This document shows positions 15,403 to 24,921 of a stretch of 64,000 bases of DNA, piece by piece. The stretch is taken from positions 3,508 to 67,507 of the forward strand of contig JBHOSQ010000001.1 of NCBI GenBank assembly GCA_042584585.1, in the 5' to 3' direction. The notes beneath the pieces were generated by a model that saw only the letters and a list, made by a program, of their open reading frames with translations, was not told the DNA's origin and did no database searches. This DNA is from an archaeon. Lineage in GTDB: Archaea; B1Sed10-29; WALL01. The position numbers and the translations under genes were made by a program. Position 1 is the stretch's first letter; each line of letters begins with the position of its first letter.

Positions 15403-16452
15403 ATGCTTGAAACCGTTTTCTTTGGAAATACTGTAATGCAGTACCTAGAAGTGCTAGGAATCGCCATCGGCTCGCTCGTGGGCGCGAAACTGCTGTACTT
15501 CCTACTGAAAAACGTTATTGGTGCGGCAGTCGCACAAACCGAAACCAAGTTGGACGACGAAGTGGTCTCCAAGGCCGAGGGGCCGCTCGTAGTGCTCCTC
15601 GTCGTCGCGGGACTGTACTTGGGCATAACCCGCCTCACACTGGACGGTGGGCTGGAATGGGTCAACAAAGCCACTTACCTGCTTGTCTCGCTCGTGCTCA
15701 CGTGGCTCGCAATGCGCCTCGCGGACGTCGCCGTGAAGTACACGCTGAAGCCACTCGCCAAAAAAAGCAAGAGCCACGTCGACGACCAGTTGCTCCCGAT
15801 TGCGGACAAGCTGCTGAAGGTAGTCATCCTCGCGTTCGCAGCGATAATGATATTGTCGCACTTTGGGTACAACGTTGACGCCCTGATTGCAGGGCTTGGG
15901 GTAGGAGGCCTGGCCGTCGCATTGGCGACCAAAGACTATCTCGAAAACATTGTCGGGGGGCTAACGATTTTCACTGACAAGCCGTTCCGCGTCGGCGACC
16001 GGATTAAAGTCGGGGAAGTCGAGGGCACGGTCAAGGAAGTCGGCATCCGGTCGACACGCATCATGACGTTCGATAACACACTCGTCATTATCCCGAACGT
16101 GCAGATGGTCACCAGCAAGATTGTGAACGTGTCCGAGCCGAACCGCACAATTGCGGTCAAGATGGAGCTTGGGCTGGTGTACAGCACAAGCGTCGACAAA
16201 ATAGAGAAGGCAAAGACAATCATCAAAAAGGCAATCCTCAAGAACGACGGGATTGACGAAAAATACGAGCCACTCATTTTCTTCAGTGAATTCGGTGACT
16301 CCGCGCTCAAGCTTTGGGTGAAGTACCGCATCAAGGACTACGGCCAGAAGCTTGCCATTACCGACAAAATCAACACAAGCATCAAGCGCGAGTTCGAAAA
16401 GGCAAAGATAGACCTGGCTTATCCGACACAAACCGTGTACCTAAAGAAGTGA
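15403..16452 (+). CDS. Small-conductance mechanosensitive channel (MscS family)
   Basis: Multiple N-terminal TMs, then GGLTIFTDKPFRVGDRIKVGEVEGTVKEVGIRSTRIMTFDNTLVIIPNVQMVTSKIVN. Confidence 0.9.
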   Translation: MLETVFFGNTVMQYLEVLGIAIGSLVGAKLLYFLLKNVIGAAVAQTETKLDDEVVSKAEGPLVVLLVVAGLYLGITRLTLDGGLEWVNKATYLLVSLVLTWLAMRLADVAVKYTLKPLAKKSKSHVDDQLLPIADKLLKVVILAFAAIMILSHFGYNVDALIAGLGVGGLAVALATKDYLENIVGGLTIFTDKPFRVGDRIKVGEVEGTVKEVGIRSTRIMTFDNTLVIIPNVQMVTSKIVNVSEPNRTIAVKMELGLVYSTSVDKIEKAKTIIKKAILKNDGIDEKYEPLIFFSEFGDSALKLWVKYRIKDYGQKLAITDKINTSIKREFEKAKIDLAYPTQTVYLKK

Positions 16453-16497
16453 GCTGGTTTTTTATTCTTTTATGGAGATTGGCTAGTGGTGAACATA

Positions 16498-18141
16498 ATG
16501 AGACGATTATTGTTGTTGCTTCTTATCTTATCCCTTGCAGCGTGCGACGGGTTCAAGCTGCCCACAGAGGTTGCTGGTGACGTGGTCGAAACGAGTCAGC
16601 TCGCAGTAATAACCCCGAGCGGCGACACCGCGGAGTACCAAATGTTTCTCGCGCTGGAGAGGTACTCTGGTGAAGAGCCTGAGCCGCGAGCGTACGGAGA
16701 AGCAGAAGTTGAAGAGATGGCGTCTGGGGAGCCCATTGCGTGGGTACTGGCGCTGCGGGAAAAAGCCAGTTACATGGAAAGCGACGAGGCAACGCTGCCC
16801 GACTTCAAGGACGCAACTGGGATAAGCTTGGTTGAGGACGCAATTAAAGCCGACAAAAAGTACATGGAACAGTCCGATGACCATCTCGGAAACCTGATGC
16901 TTGCCGCGGGCTTAACGTACATGATGCCATTTGGCGCCGCCGCGCCACTGGGGCTGTACTTCTGGGTTGGGGGCCTCGCCACGAGGCAGCCAACAGCCAG
17001 TGGCCCAATAGAGGAATATGAAGTCGCGAGGGGCCACGTCGAGGTCTACAATGTCACAGAGTCGAACATGGGCGCATTGTTTGATAAGTACGGTTTAAGC
17101 GAAAGCGTGAAGCAACAATTTATGGACTACGGCCAAATGTACCTCTACGTGTTCACGCTCCAGCCCTTCGAGCGCGAGGGGAAGGAAGTGTACGACTTGC
17201 TCAAGGAAGGGTGTGACGACCCAGACGGCGCGATGGAGCTGCTGCAGAAGGACTTGATAACAGAACGCGAGTGGGACGCGCTTGGGTGTACAATACCGCT
17301 TAGTAGCCATGACTGGCACCGCCGCTGGGAATACGAAGGCCTATCAGTGGAAAGCCTTAGGGAGCGCCTAGAGAACACGGAAGGCATCTCATTGAAGTTC
17401 GACCAGGCGGCTGGAGAGGACGGGTTCTGGTACCCGCTTGGCACCGGACAGTTCTGGGAAAAGCCAATAGCAATGACGGGCGTGTACGTGTTCCCGCCCG
17501 AAGGCACTGCAGTAGATGGAATGCAAAGAGTGCGGATAGAAGACGGGGACGCGTTCATGGCCGAGTACATTGGCTCGAACCCATCTGAAGACTTGCTTGT
17601 AAAAGTCACGCCGAAAGGAATTGGTGCACAAGCTGCAGACATTGTGCGCCCTGCAACAGCGTTCCTCCTTGACACTGTGCCCTACCTAGTGTGGGTTGTG
17701 CCTCTGGCATCCTGCATCTTTGGGGCATGGGCACTTCTCGTGTTCTGGCAAAAGAAAGAAAAGATGGTGGCGCTGAAAGCAGCCGCAGGAATGTGGCTTG
17801 GCTTGGACGCGTCTGGGCTGGCTATGGGCTTTGTAGTTGCAGTGATCTTGTTCGCTGCAGTATGGACGAGCTATGAAGTTGGTGCAATCGGGATGGTGGC
17901 AGCACCAGTCATTGCGCTCATTGGGATAGTGGCTTCTGTGGCAGTCAGCATCGCGGCATCAGAACACTTGTTTTACTCCGCGCTTGGCGAAAAGCAGGGA
18001 ATCATCGAAATACTGAAAAAGCACGAAATAAAGTGGCTTTACTGGAAGGTGCTGATTGGCTCCCTCATGATTTCGCTGATGCTGTCAACACTGTTTTACG
18101 TGAAGTTAATAGTCCTGATGTCGCTGTACTACGCGCTTTAA
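16498..18141 (+). CDS. Hypothetical lipoprotein-like membrane protein
   Basis: MRRLLLLLLILSLAACDG (lipobox), a large soluble domain, then 4-5 C-terminal TM segments. The track start is GTG 16486. Confidence 0.7.
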   Translation: MRRLLLLLLILSLAACDGFKLPTEVAGDVVETSQLAVITPSGDTAEYQMFLALERYSGEEPEPRAYGEAEVEEMASGEPIAWVLALREKASYMESDEATLPDFKDATGISLVEDAIKADKKYMEQSDDHLGNLMLAAGLTYMMPFGAAAPLGLYFWVGGLATRQPTASGPIEEYEVARGHVEVYNVTESNMGALFDKYGLSESVKQQFMDYGQMYLYVFTLQPFEREGKEVYDLLKEGCDDPDGAMELLQKDLITEREWDALGCTIPLSSHDWHRRWEYEGLSVESLRERLENTEGISLKFDQAAGEDGFWYPLGTGQFWEKPIAMTGVYVFPPEGTAVDGMQRVRIEDGDAFMAEYIGSNPSEDLLVKVTPKGIGAQAADIVRPATAFLLDTVPYLVWVVPLASCIFGAWALLVFWQKKEKMVALKAAAGMWLGLDASGLAMGFVVAVILFAAVWTSYEVGAIGMVAAPVIALIGIVASVAVSIAASEHLFYSALGEKQGIIEILKKHEIKWLYWKVLIGSLMISLMLSTLFYVKLIVLMSLYYAL

Positions 18142-18287
18142 ACCCCGACCATAACCCCGGGTCCGGTGTACTGCAGCACAAACAGGATTAGCACTGCGAC
18201 GAAAACAATTACCATTAGCGCCGCAAGCGGCTTGTCCCACCACGCGGGACCTTCGTCTTTTTTTGTTTTCAGTGGAACAACTGCCAT
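18138..18287 (-). CDS. Candidate 49-aa single-TM micro-protein
   Basis: Below the ORF-track threshold. Manual translation gives MAVVPLKTKKDEGPAWWDKPLAALMVIVFVAVLILFVLQYTGPGVMVGV. ATG lies 6 nt after the stop of the zinc-ribbon ORF. Confidence 0.3.
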   Translation of the reverse strand: MAVVPLKTKKDEGPAWWDKPLAALMVIVFVAVLILFVLQYTGPGVMVGV

Positions 18288-18292
18288 ACAAA

Positions 18293-18463
18293 TCACTTCA
18301 CTAAGCTTTCGTCTACCTCAATAATCATGAACGGCGGAAAACTCTTGCCGCACACGTTACAGTGATAACCCGATACCTCGCTTCCAGTGCGGAGCGCGGT
18401 CGCGCCCTCACTCTCAATATTCTTCGACCTGCAAAACGGGCACACACGAACAAATTCTACCAT
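18293..18463 (-). CDS. Candidate 56-aa zinc-ribbon protein
   Basis: Below the ORF-track threshold. Manual translation gives MVEFVRVCPFCRSKNIESEGATALRTGSEVSGYHCNVCGKSFPPFMIIEVDESLVK (CPFC...CNVC). Its ATG overlaps the last pyrF codons (CCATGGTAG). Confidence 0.45.
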   Translation of the reverse strand: MVEFVRVCPFCRSKNIESEGATALRTGSEVSGYHCNVCGKSFPPFMIIEVDESLVK

Positions 18464-19389
18464 GGATAAATCCCCTTCCTCATCAAAGCGTCGTTCAAGT
18501 CCTTCTTCATCGCCAACGCAGCCTCACGCGCCGCAACGTCAAACTCCCCGCCCTTCTTCTGGTAAGCAAAAATAATCCCGCGCGAAGAATTCACGATTGC
18601 GCCGTAGCCGTCGTCGTTGAAGCACGGCATGGTGTCGTCCGCGCCACCACCCTGCGCGCCGTAGCCCGGCACGAGAATCGGGGCCTTCGGCATCAACAGC
18701 CTCAAGCGCGCCGCCTCTTGGGGGTAAGTCGCGCCCACGACCGCGCCGATTGAAGAATAGCCTCTGGCCCCCACAACTTCCTCGCCCCACTTGTCCACCA
18801 ACTTGGCCATGGCCTCGTAAACAGTCGTGCCTTCCTGGAGGCGCCGGTCCTGCAGCTCACCGCTCGATGGGTTGCTGGTCTTGACGAGAAGGAAAGCGCC
18901 TTTGCCGTTCTTTGCCTCCTCGACGAACGGCTTCACGCCGTCGCTCCCGAGATAGGAATTGACCGTCAGCGCGTCCAGTGTGTGGACGGTTGCGCTGCCC
19001 TTGATTGTCTTGACCTCGCCGAGGAAGGCCTTGGCGTACGCCGTGGCAGTGGAGCCAATGTCGTTGCGCTTCGCGTCGCCGATTACGACGAGGCCGTTGT
19101 CGTGCGCGTACTTGCACGTGATTTGAAACGCCTCGATGCCGTACGGGCCGTAAGCCTCGTAAAACGCCATCTGTGGCTTGACAGCGGGGACAACGCCCTT
19201 GATCGCGTCAATGATTTTTTTGTTGAACGCCACGAAACTCGCGGCGACTGCCTGCGGGGTGTCGCCGAACTTCGCGACACGGTCCTGCTTTATCGAGTCT
19301 GGAATCTGGGAAATGCGCGGGTCCAACCCAACGACGCTCGGGTTCTGCTTTTCCTCGACCGCGGCGAACAACCGGTCAGCGAAATTCAT
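18457..19389 (-). CDS. pyrF: Orotidine-5'-phosphate decarboxylase (long type)
   Basis: VVGLDPR, GDAKRNDIGSTA and a PGYGAQGG-type C-terminal motif. ATGA overlap with the pyrE stop. Confidence 0.9.
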   Translation of the reverse strand: MNFADRLFAAVEEKQNPSVVGLDPRISQIPDSIKQDRVAKFGDTPQAVAASFVAFNKKIIDAIKGVVPAVKPQMAFYEAYGPYGIEAFQITCKYAHDNGLVVIGDAKRNDIGSTATAYAKAFLGEVKTIKGSATVHTLDALTVNSYLGSDGVKPFVEEAKNGKGAFLLVKTSNPSSGELQDRRLQEGTTVYEAMAKLVDKWGEEVVGARGYSSIGAVVGATYPQEAARLRLLMPKAPILVPGYGAQGGGADDTMPCFNDDGYGAIVNSSRGIIFAYQKKGGEFDVAAREAALAMKKDLNDALMRKGIYPW

Positions 19390-20045
19390 TTGCTCGCCTC
19401 CGTATACTCGCGCACCTTGCCCGCGAGCTCCGCGTCCAACAGCCCCTCGGACTCAAGCGCGGCGACGATATCAAGCACGTCAACAATGTAATGCACGTTA
19501 AGGCCCTCGGCCTTCAGCTTTTCGATGCCACCCATCTGGCGGTCCACCAAGAAATAAACGTCCGAAACAGGATGGCCGTTGCGCTCCATCGCGGCCTTTG
19601 CCTTTAGGTTCGAGCCGCCCGTCGACACCAAGTCATCCACAAGGACGGGGGCCATGCCGTCACGGATTACCCCCTCAATATCCTTTCCGGTCCCGTGCTC
19701 GCGTGACTCGCCGTTAAGCGCTTCCTTGCGAATGTACGCCACCGGGAGCTTGGCCTTAAGGCCCACGACGCTCGCGAACGGGACGCCCGCGGTCGGGACC
19801 CCGACGAGAGTGCATTTTGGGCCGCACTCGTTCAGCACCAATTCCTTGTACGCGTCAGTAATCACGTCGAACTGCTCGGGATAGCTCGGCACAGCGCGCA
19901 AGTCAATGTAGTAAGGCGACTTCTTTCCCGAAGTAAGGGTAAAGTCACCGAACTTGATTGCGTTGCTCTCGAACAATGCCTTCGCGACCGTTTTCGCAAG
20001 CTCTTTTTTCTGTTCTTCCCACGACAATTCAAACACCTCTATCAT
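19386..20045 (-). CDS. pyrE: Orotate phosphoribosyltransferase
   Basis: FGDFTLTSGKKSPYYIDLR and PRPP motif VLVDDLVSTGGS. Track start 20069 trimmed to ATG 20045. Confidence 0.9.
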   Translation of the reverse strand: MIEVFELSWEEQKKELAKTVAKALFESNAIKFGDFTLTSGKKSPYYIDLRAVPSYPEQFDVITDAYKELVLNECGPKCTLVGVPTAGVPFASVVGLKAKLPVAYIRKEALNGESREHGTGKDIEGVIRDGMAPVLVDDLVSTGGSNLKAKAAMERNGHPVSDVYFLVDRQMGGIEKLKAEGLNVHYIVDVLDIVAALESEGLLDAELAGKVREYTEASK

Positions 20046-21330
20046 AAGCTTCGACGCCGGCCGGGTCACCGAACCCGCCGTCGAACACGACGCTGCCGTT
20101 CACGATTGTGTGCGTCGGCACGCCCTGCAATTGCAGCCCGTCGTACGGCGTCCAGCCGCACTTGGCAACAACGTTCTCATTTGTAATGGTTTGCTTTGCG
20201 TCCATGTCGACAACGACCATGTCCGCGGCAAAGCCCTCGCGGATCTCACCCCTGCCCTTCAGGCGGAAGATTCTCGCGGGATTAGTGCTCATGCGCGCCA
20301 CCATTTCCGGCAGCGTCTCGAGGCCCTGGTTCACCGCGTCCAAATGCAAGGGCAACAGCGTCTCGACGCCAGGCACCCCGGACGGCGCGTGCCAGTAGTC
20401 CCGGTCCTTTTCTTCCTTGGTGTGGCCGGCGTGGTCGGTGCACCAGCACGAAATCAGCGCGCGGTTCTCCCAAAGCGCCATGCGGTCCTCGTGGCTCCGC
20501 AGCGGGGGGTTCATCTTCGCGTAGTTCTTCAGGCGGTTCATGTCCGTGTCCTCAAGGAACAAGTGGTGCGTCGTGGCCTCGCACGTGATTCGGCCGGCCG
20601 CCCTTCGGATTATGTCCAGTTCCTGGCGCGTGCTGATGTGGCAAATGTGAATCCTGTTCCCGACCTCCTTGGAAACAATCGCGGCAAGCGAAGCGCCCTC
20701 GGCGGCAACGACGTTCCTCCGGATTTTTGTGTGCACAATCGGGTCGGCCTCGCAGGCCTGTTTCGCCTCCGCAGTGAAAGTGTGGATTAATTCGTTGTCT
20801 TCCGCGTGCACGGTCACCAAGTGCCCGCCGACACGCGCGGCATGGAAAACGTTGTACAGGTCGCCCGCGTCCGGGACCAATAAGTCACCGGTCGAAGACG
20901 CCATGTATACCTTGACCGACGCAACACCGGTTACGTCCGATATTTCGTCCAGGTTGTGCGCGGTCGCGCCAAAGTGAAACCCGTAGTTCACGAGGCTTTT
21001 TCCGGCGACGGCGTCGCGCTTCCTGTCCAGGAGCAGGGGGCTCGTTATGCTGGGCTGGTTGTTTGGCATGTCGAGGACCGTTGTCACGCCGCCCTTTGCC
21101 GCGGCGCGGGACCCGGTCTTCCAGTCCTCTTTGTATTCTTCTCCCGGCACGCGAAAGTGCACGTGCGGGTCAATGACGCCGGGCAGAACGATTTTGCCGC
21201 TGGCGTCAATTGCTTTGTCGCCTTTCAGGCCTTTGCCGACTTTTTTGATTGTTCCCTTGTCGCACAGCACATCGGCCGCAACGAGCTTCCCGCCCATGAA
21301 CGCCCTGCCGTTCTTGACGACTAAGCTCAA
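20029..21330 (-). CDS. pyrC: Dihydroorotase
   Basis: VVKNGRAF...LPGVIDPHVHFRVPG plus downstream His/Asp metal ligands. The track N-terminal extension overlaps pyrK. TTG 21330 overlaps the pyrK stop (CTTTGA); ATG 21297 is an alternative. Confidence 0.9.
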   Translation of the reverse strand: MSLVVKNGRAFMGGKLVAADVLCDKGTIKKVGKGLKGDKAIDASGKIVLPGVIDPHVHFRVPGEEYKEDWKTGSRAAAKGGVTTVLDMPNNQPSITSPLLLDRKRDAVAGKSLVNYGFHFGATAHNLDEISDVTGVASVKVYMASSTGDLLVPDAGDLYNVFHAARVGGHLVTVHAEDNELIHTFTAEAKQACEADPIVHTKIRRNVVAAEGASLAAIVSKEVGNRIHICHISTRQELDIIRRAAGRITCEATTHHLFLEDTDMNRLKNYAKMNPPLRSHEDRMALWENRALISCWCTDHAGHTKEEKDRDYWHAPSGVPGVETLLPLHLDAVNQGLETLPEMVARMSTNPARIFRLKGRGEIREGFAADMVVVDMDAKQTITNENVVAKCGWTPYDGLQLQGVPTHTIVNGSVVFDGGFGDPAGVEAYDRGV

Positions 21331-22091
21331 AGCTTCACCTCGCGGCCAGCCTGGTCGCGCTTGTAGTTGAAGAACTCGGAGTCGCGGAGTATTTTGCTGT
21401 CGGCGACGGGGCCTTCCTTGCACACCCTCCAGCCAGTGGGGTCCACGGAACAGTGGCCGCACACGCCGAACCCGCACTTCATCCAGCGCTCCATTGAAAA
21501 GTACACGGGCACATTTGCCTCTTCGCAAATCTTGAACAGGAACTTAAGCATTATTTCTGGACCGCACGCCGCGACCGCATCGAATTCTTGTTCTTTGAGC
21601 AGCCGCTCGGCCACAACCGTGGTGAAGGCTTTTTCGCCTTCGGACCCGTCGTCGGTGCACACGTGCAGGCCGGGAAAGTATTTCTTGTAAAACAATTCGG
21701 TTTTGTCCTGCGCGCCGATTATCGAAGTGAAGTCTTTCTCGCCGCTGTGCGCGAGTGCCTTCATGGGCGCGATTCCGACTCCGCCGCCGACGAGGAGGAC
21801 GCGGTGGCCCTCGATGGCGAACCCGTTGCCGTACGGGCCGCGCACGCCGATGAAGTCGCCCTTTTTGAGGTTGAGGAGCGCGTTGGTCGCGTCGCCCACT
21901 CTCTTGACCGTGATTTGGTTTGGTGCGGATAGGCTGATTGGGATTTCGTCGACTCCCGGCACCCACACCATGATGAATTGGCCGGGCACGAAGTCGAATT
22001 CCGTGTCGAACTCGATGGCGTTGATTGTTGGGGTGAGCTTTTTCACGCCGGTTATGCGGTAGCTTTGGGGGAACTCAGTGGGCACTGCCAA
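21327..22091 (-). CDS. pyrK: Dihydroorotate dehydrogenase electron-transfer subunit
   Basis: FAD/NAD-binding fold (LLVGGGVGIAP) and a C-terminal 2Fe-2S cluster motif MKCGFGVCGHCSV. Confidence 0.85.
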   Translation of the reverse strand: MAVPTEFPQSYRITGVKKLTPTINAIEFDTEFDFVPGQFIMVWVPGVDEIPISLSAPNQITVKRVGDATNALLNLKKGDFIGVRGPYGNGFAIEGHRVLLVGGGVGIAPMKALAHSGEKDFTSIIGAQDKTELFYKKYFPGLHVCTDDGSEGEKAFTTVVAERLLKEQEFDAVAACGPEIMLKFLFKICEEANVPVYFSMERWMKCGFGVCGHCSVDPTGWRVCKEGPVADSKILRDSEFFNYKRDQAGREVKL

Positions 22092-22980
22092 CCAGCTCCT
22101 TCAGTGACTTTATGCCGTTTTTCTTCATCCAGGCCTCGGTTTCCGCGCAGGCCTTGCTGAAGACGTCGATTCCACGGTAGTGTATTCCGGAGCCGATTTC
22201 GACTGCGGTGGCGCCCGCCATCATTGCCTCGATGATGTCGATGCCGTACATGATTCCGCCGACGGCGACGATTGGCACGTCGATTTTTTCGTACAAGTCG
22301 TAGATGCCTTTGACCATTAGTGGGCGCACCGCGGGGCCGCTCAGCCCGCCGGTCTTGAACCCCATGACTGGCTTGCGGACGTTGACGTCGATGACCATTC
22401 CCGGGCCCCATGTGTTGAACCCTGCGATTGCGTCGGCGCCGTTGTCGACGCAGGCCTTTGCGACCTCGAGCATGTTGTCGGTGTTTGGGGTGAGCTTGGG
22501 CATGACCGGGATTTTTCCGGCGACTTCCTTTATTTTGTTGACGAGCTTTCCCGCGACCGCGGGGTCTTTTCCGAAGACGTCGCCGTGCTTTTTGGAGTTG
22601 GGGCAGCCGATGTTCACGTCTAGCATCGCTGGCTTGTGCTCCACGATTGCGGCCGCGACTTCTGCGAACTCGTCGATTGACCCGGCGTAGAAGGACGCGA
22701 TTACCGGAACGTCGATTTTTTCCAGCTCTTGCCACTCGCGGTCCATGTTTTTGTAGCCCGGCGTCGGGAGCCCGACTGCGTTGATTATTCCGTCGCCCCA
22801 GCAGAGTACCGTGGGGTTGGCGTTGCCCTCGCGGGGCTCTGGGCCAATGGACTTGATGGTTACTGCTCCGGCGCCTGAATCGGCAACCCTCTTGAGAATA
22901 GAGGCGCTTGTGCCGAGAAAGCCGGCCGCCAAAATGGTTGGGTTTTTGAGCTTCAGGCCAGCAATTTCTGTAGTAAGCAT
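22075..22980 (-). CDS. pyrD: Dihydroorotate dehydrogenase 1B catalytic subunit
   Basis: LKNPTILAAGF, NIGCPN, PKLTPN, GGLSGPAVRP and VGGI. Confidence 0.9.
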   Translation of the reverse strand: MLTTEIAGLKLKNPTILAAGFLGTSASILKRVADSGAGAVTIKSIGPEPREGNANPTVLCWGDGIINAVGLPTPGYKNMDREWQELEKIDVPVIASFYAGSIDEFAEVAAAIVEHKPAMLDVNIGCPNSKKHGDVFGKDPAVAGKLVNKIKEVAGKIPVMPKLTPNTDNMLEVAKACVDNGADAIAGFNTWGPGMVIDVNVRKPVMGFKTGGLSGPAVRPLMVKGIYDLYEKIDVPIVAVGGIMYGIDIIEAMMAGATAVEIGSGIHYRGIDVFSKACAETEAWMKKNGIKSLKELVGSAH

Positions 22981-23004
22981 TAGGAACAGTTTAAGTCAAA
23001 CCGA

Positions 23005-23056
23005 GTTTATAAAAACACTCGTTTCACGGCGTATGCCGGTAGAACCTTTATATATC
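23005..23056. promoter_or_regulatory. Divergent TATA boxes for the pyr operon and the NAD genes
   Basis: GTTTATAAAAAC (23005..23016) is ~30 nt from pyrD ATG 22980. CTTTATATATC (23046..23056) is ~29 nt from ATG 23080. Both imply leaderless mRNAs. Confidence 0.6.
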
Positions 23057-23079
23057 CCGATTAGAACAACTTTTACTCA

Positions 23080-23481
23080 ATGAAAGCTGTTTTTGTCGGC
23101 AGGTTCCAGCCTTTCCACAAGGGCCACCTGCACGCCATTGAGGCCGCGAGGGAGCAGTTCGGCGACGTGACAGTCGTAGTCGGGAGCGCCCAAAAGTACG
23201 GGACTGCCGTGAACCCGCTGCCCGTGGGCCAGCGAATCGAGGCAATCAAAAGGGAGCTGCCGGACGTCCGCATCGTCACCCAAAACGACGTGTTCAACGA
23301 CCGCGAGTGGGTGAGGCAAATCCAGGAAAAAGTAAATTTCGACGTCGCAGTCACCGGCAACGACTGGGTGCGCGACTGCTTCCGCAAGTTCGGGCACAGC
23401 GTCGAAGAGCCTGAGTTCCTGAGCCCCGAAAAATACAACGGCACCGCCATACGAAAGAGGAAACTCGATGAAAATCCTTGA
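23080..23481 (+). CDS. nadM: Nicotinamide-nucleotide adenylyltransferase (archaeal type, short)
   Basis: VFVGRFQPFHKGHLHAI and NGTAIRKR (ISGTxIR-like). Only 133 aa; the end overlaps the nadC start by 14 nt. Confidence 0.85.
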   Translation: MKAVFVGRFQPFHKGHLHAIEAAREQFGDVTVVVGSAQKYGTAVNPLPVGQRIEAIKRELPDVRIVTQNDVFNDREWVRQIQEKVNFDVAVTGNDWVRDCFRKFGHSVEEPEFLSPEKYNGTAIRKRKLDENP

Positions 23482-24268
23482 CTACGCGCTTGCCCTGGAC
23501 ATTGGCAACGGCGACATAACAAGCAACGCGCTTTTTTCGAAGAACCACAAGACAAAAGCCGCCATCTTTGCGAAGAGCAGCGGCACGCTCGCCGGCGCGG
23601 AAGAAGCGAAGTACTTGTTCGCGAAATGCGGAGCCAAAGCACGAATCCTCAAGCGCGACGGCACGTGCATCAAGAAAGGCGAAAAAGTAATCACAATCAC
23701 AGGCCCGACCCGCGCCGTGCTCGAGGCAGAGCGCACAGCACTGAACATCTTGTCGCGGATGAGCGGCATCGCGACCGAGACAAGCAAAATGGCGAAGCAC
23801 TGTGTGGTCGCGGCGACGCGAAAGACCGGGCCCGGCCTCGCGCTGCTGGACAAGAAAGCCGTGGAAATCGGCGGGGGGGTCTCGCACCGCCTCGGGTTGT
23901 GGGACATGACGCTTATCAAGGACACTCACTTGGATTCAATGAAGATGCCCCGCAGGAAGGCGATTAAGGAGGCACTTGCTAAGGCGAAGCCCCCCGTAGA
24001 AATCGAGGTCGAGAGCAAAGCAGAAGCGTTGCTTGCCGCGACGCTGGGCGCGGACATAGTGATGCTCGACAACTTTTCTCCGGCAAAAGCGAAAGCCACC
24101 GTCAAGGAACTAAACAAAAAGTACCCTGACGTTTGCATTGAATTAAGCGGCGGGATTAACAAGAAAAACATTCGTGCGTACGCAAAAGCGGGCGCGGACT
24201 ACGTTTCGCTTGGCGCGCTGACCCACACGGTGAAGCCACTGGACTTTTCGATGAAAATCATAAAGTAG
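23468..24268 (+). CDS. nadC: Nicotinate-nucleotide (quinolinate) pyrophosphorylase
   Basis: ERTALNILSRMSGIAT, ATRKTGPG, GGGVSHRLGLWDMTLIKDTH, IEVE, VMLDN and LSGGIN. Confidence 0.9.
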   Translation: MKILDYALALDIGNGDITSNALFSKNHKTKAAIFAKSSGTLAGAEEAKYLFAKCGAKARILKRDGTCIKKGEKVITITGPTRAVLEAERTALNILSRMSGIATETSKMAKHCVVAATRKTGPGLALLDKKAVEIGGGVSHRLGLWDMTLIKDTHLDSMKMPRRKAIKEALAKAKPPVEIEVESKAEALLAATLGADIVMLDNFSPAKAKATVKELNKKYPDVCIELSGGINKKNIRAYAKAGADYVSLGALTHTVKPLDFSMKIIK

Positions 24269-24914
24269 GCGGCATCTTCTTCTTGTGCCGCGCTTGTTTT
24301 TTCCACCGCGTTACTTTCGCGCTCTTTTTCTTTCCCTTGAGAGCGGCATCGATTTTTTCGTACGAAATACCGAGCTCTTTTTCGTCGGTCTGGCCGCGCC
24401 ACAATCCCGCGCTTGGCTTCTTGCGGACAATGTTTTCTGGTATGCCCAGCTTGCGCGCGAGAACCGGAAGGTCGGTCTTGTAGATGTGCGCAATGGGAAA
24501 GAAGTCCGCCGCGCCGTCGCCCCACTTCGTGAAGTAGCCGATTTCCTTTTCGCTCTTGTTGCCGGTTCCTGCGACGCGCCTGTTGAGTAAGTTAGAATAA
24601 TAGTAAAGCAACGTCATCCTGGTCCGCGCCCTTATGTTCGCTCTTGCAGTCTTGTCCGCTGGAGTGCAGCGCTTGTCGAACTCGCGGACGATGGGCTTGA
24701 TGTCAATGACTTTGTACTCGATACCCAGCGCCTTGGCAAAGGCCACGGCGTCCTTGTAGTGCGAGTCCTTTCGCTCCGGCATGATTAAGGCCAAGACTTT
24801 TTTCTTGCCGAGGGCTTTCGCGCACAATGCTGCGACCACGGCGGAGTCAATGCCCCCAGACAGGCCGAGGACTACGGCTTTTGCGTTGCGCTTGATGAAG
24901 GCGGTTTCCCTCAT
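24258..24914 (-). CDS. nadE: NH3-dependent NAD+ synthetase (short form)
   Basis: PP-loop VLGLSGGIDSAVVAAL. The 3' end overlaps the nadC 3' end by 11 nt (convergent). Confidence 0.85.
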   Translation of the reverse strand: MRETAFIKRNAKAVVLGLSGGIDSAVVAALCAKALGKKKVLALIMPERKDSHYKDAVAFAKALGIEYKVIDIKPIVREFDKRCTPADKTARANIRARTRMTLLYYYSNLLNRRVAGTGNKSEKEIGYFTKWGDGAADFFPIAHIYKTDLPVLARKLGIPENIVRKKPSAGLWRGQTDEKELGISYEKIDAALKGKKKSAKVTRWKKQARHKKKMPPTL

Positions 24915-24921
24915 TGCCCCC

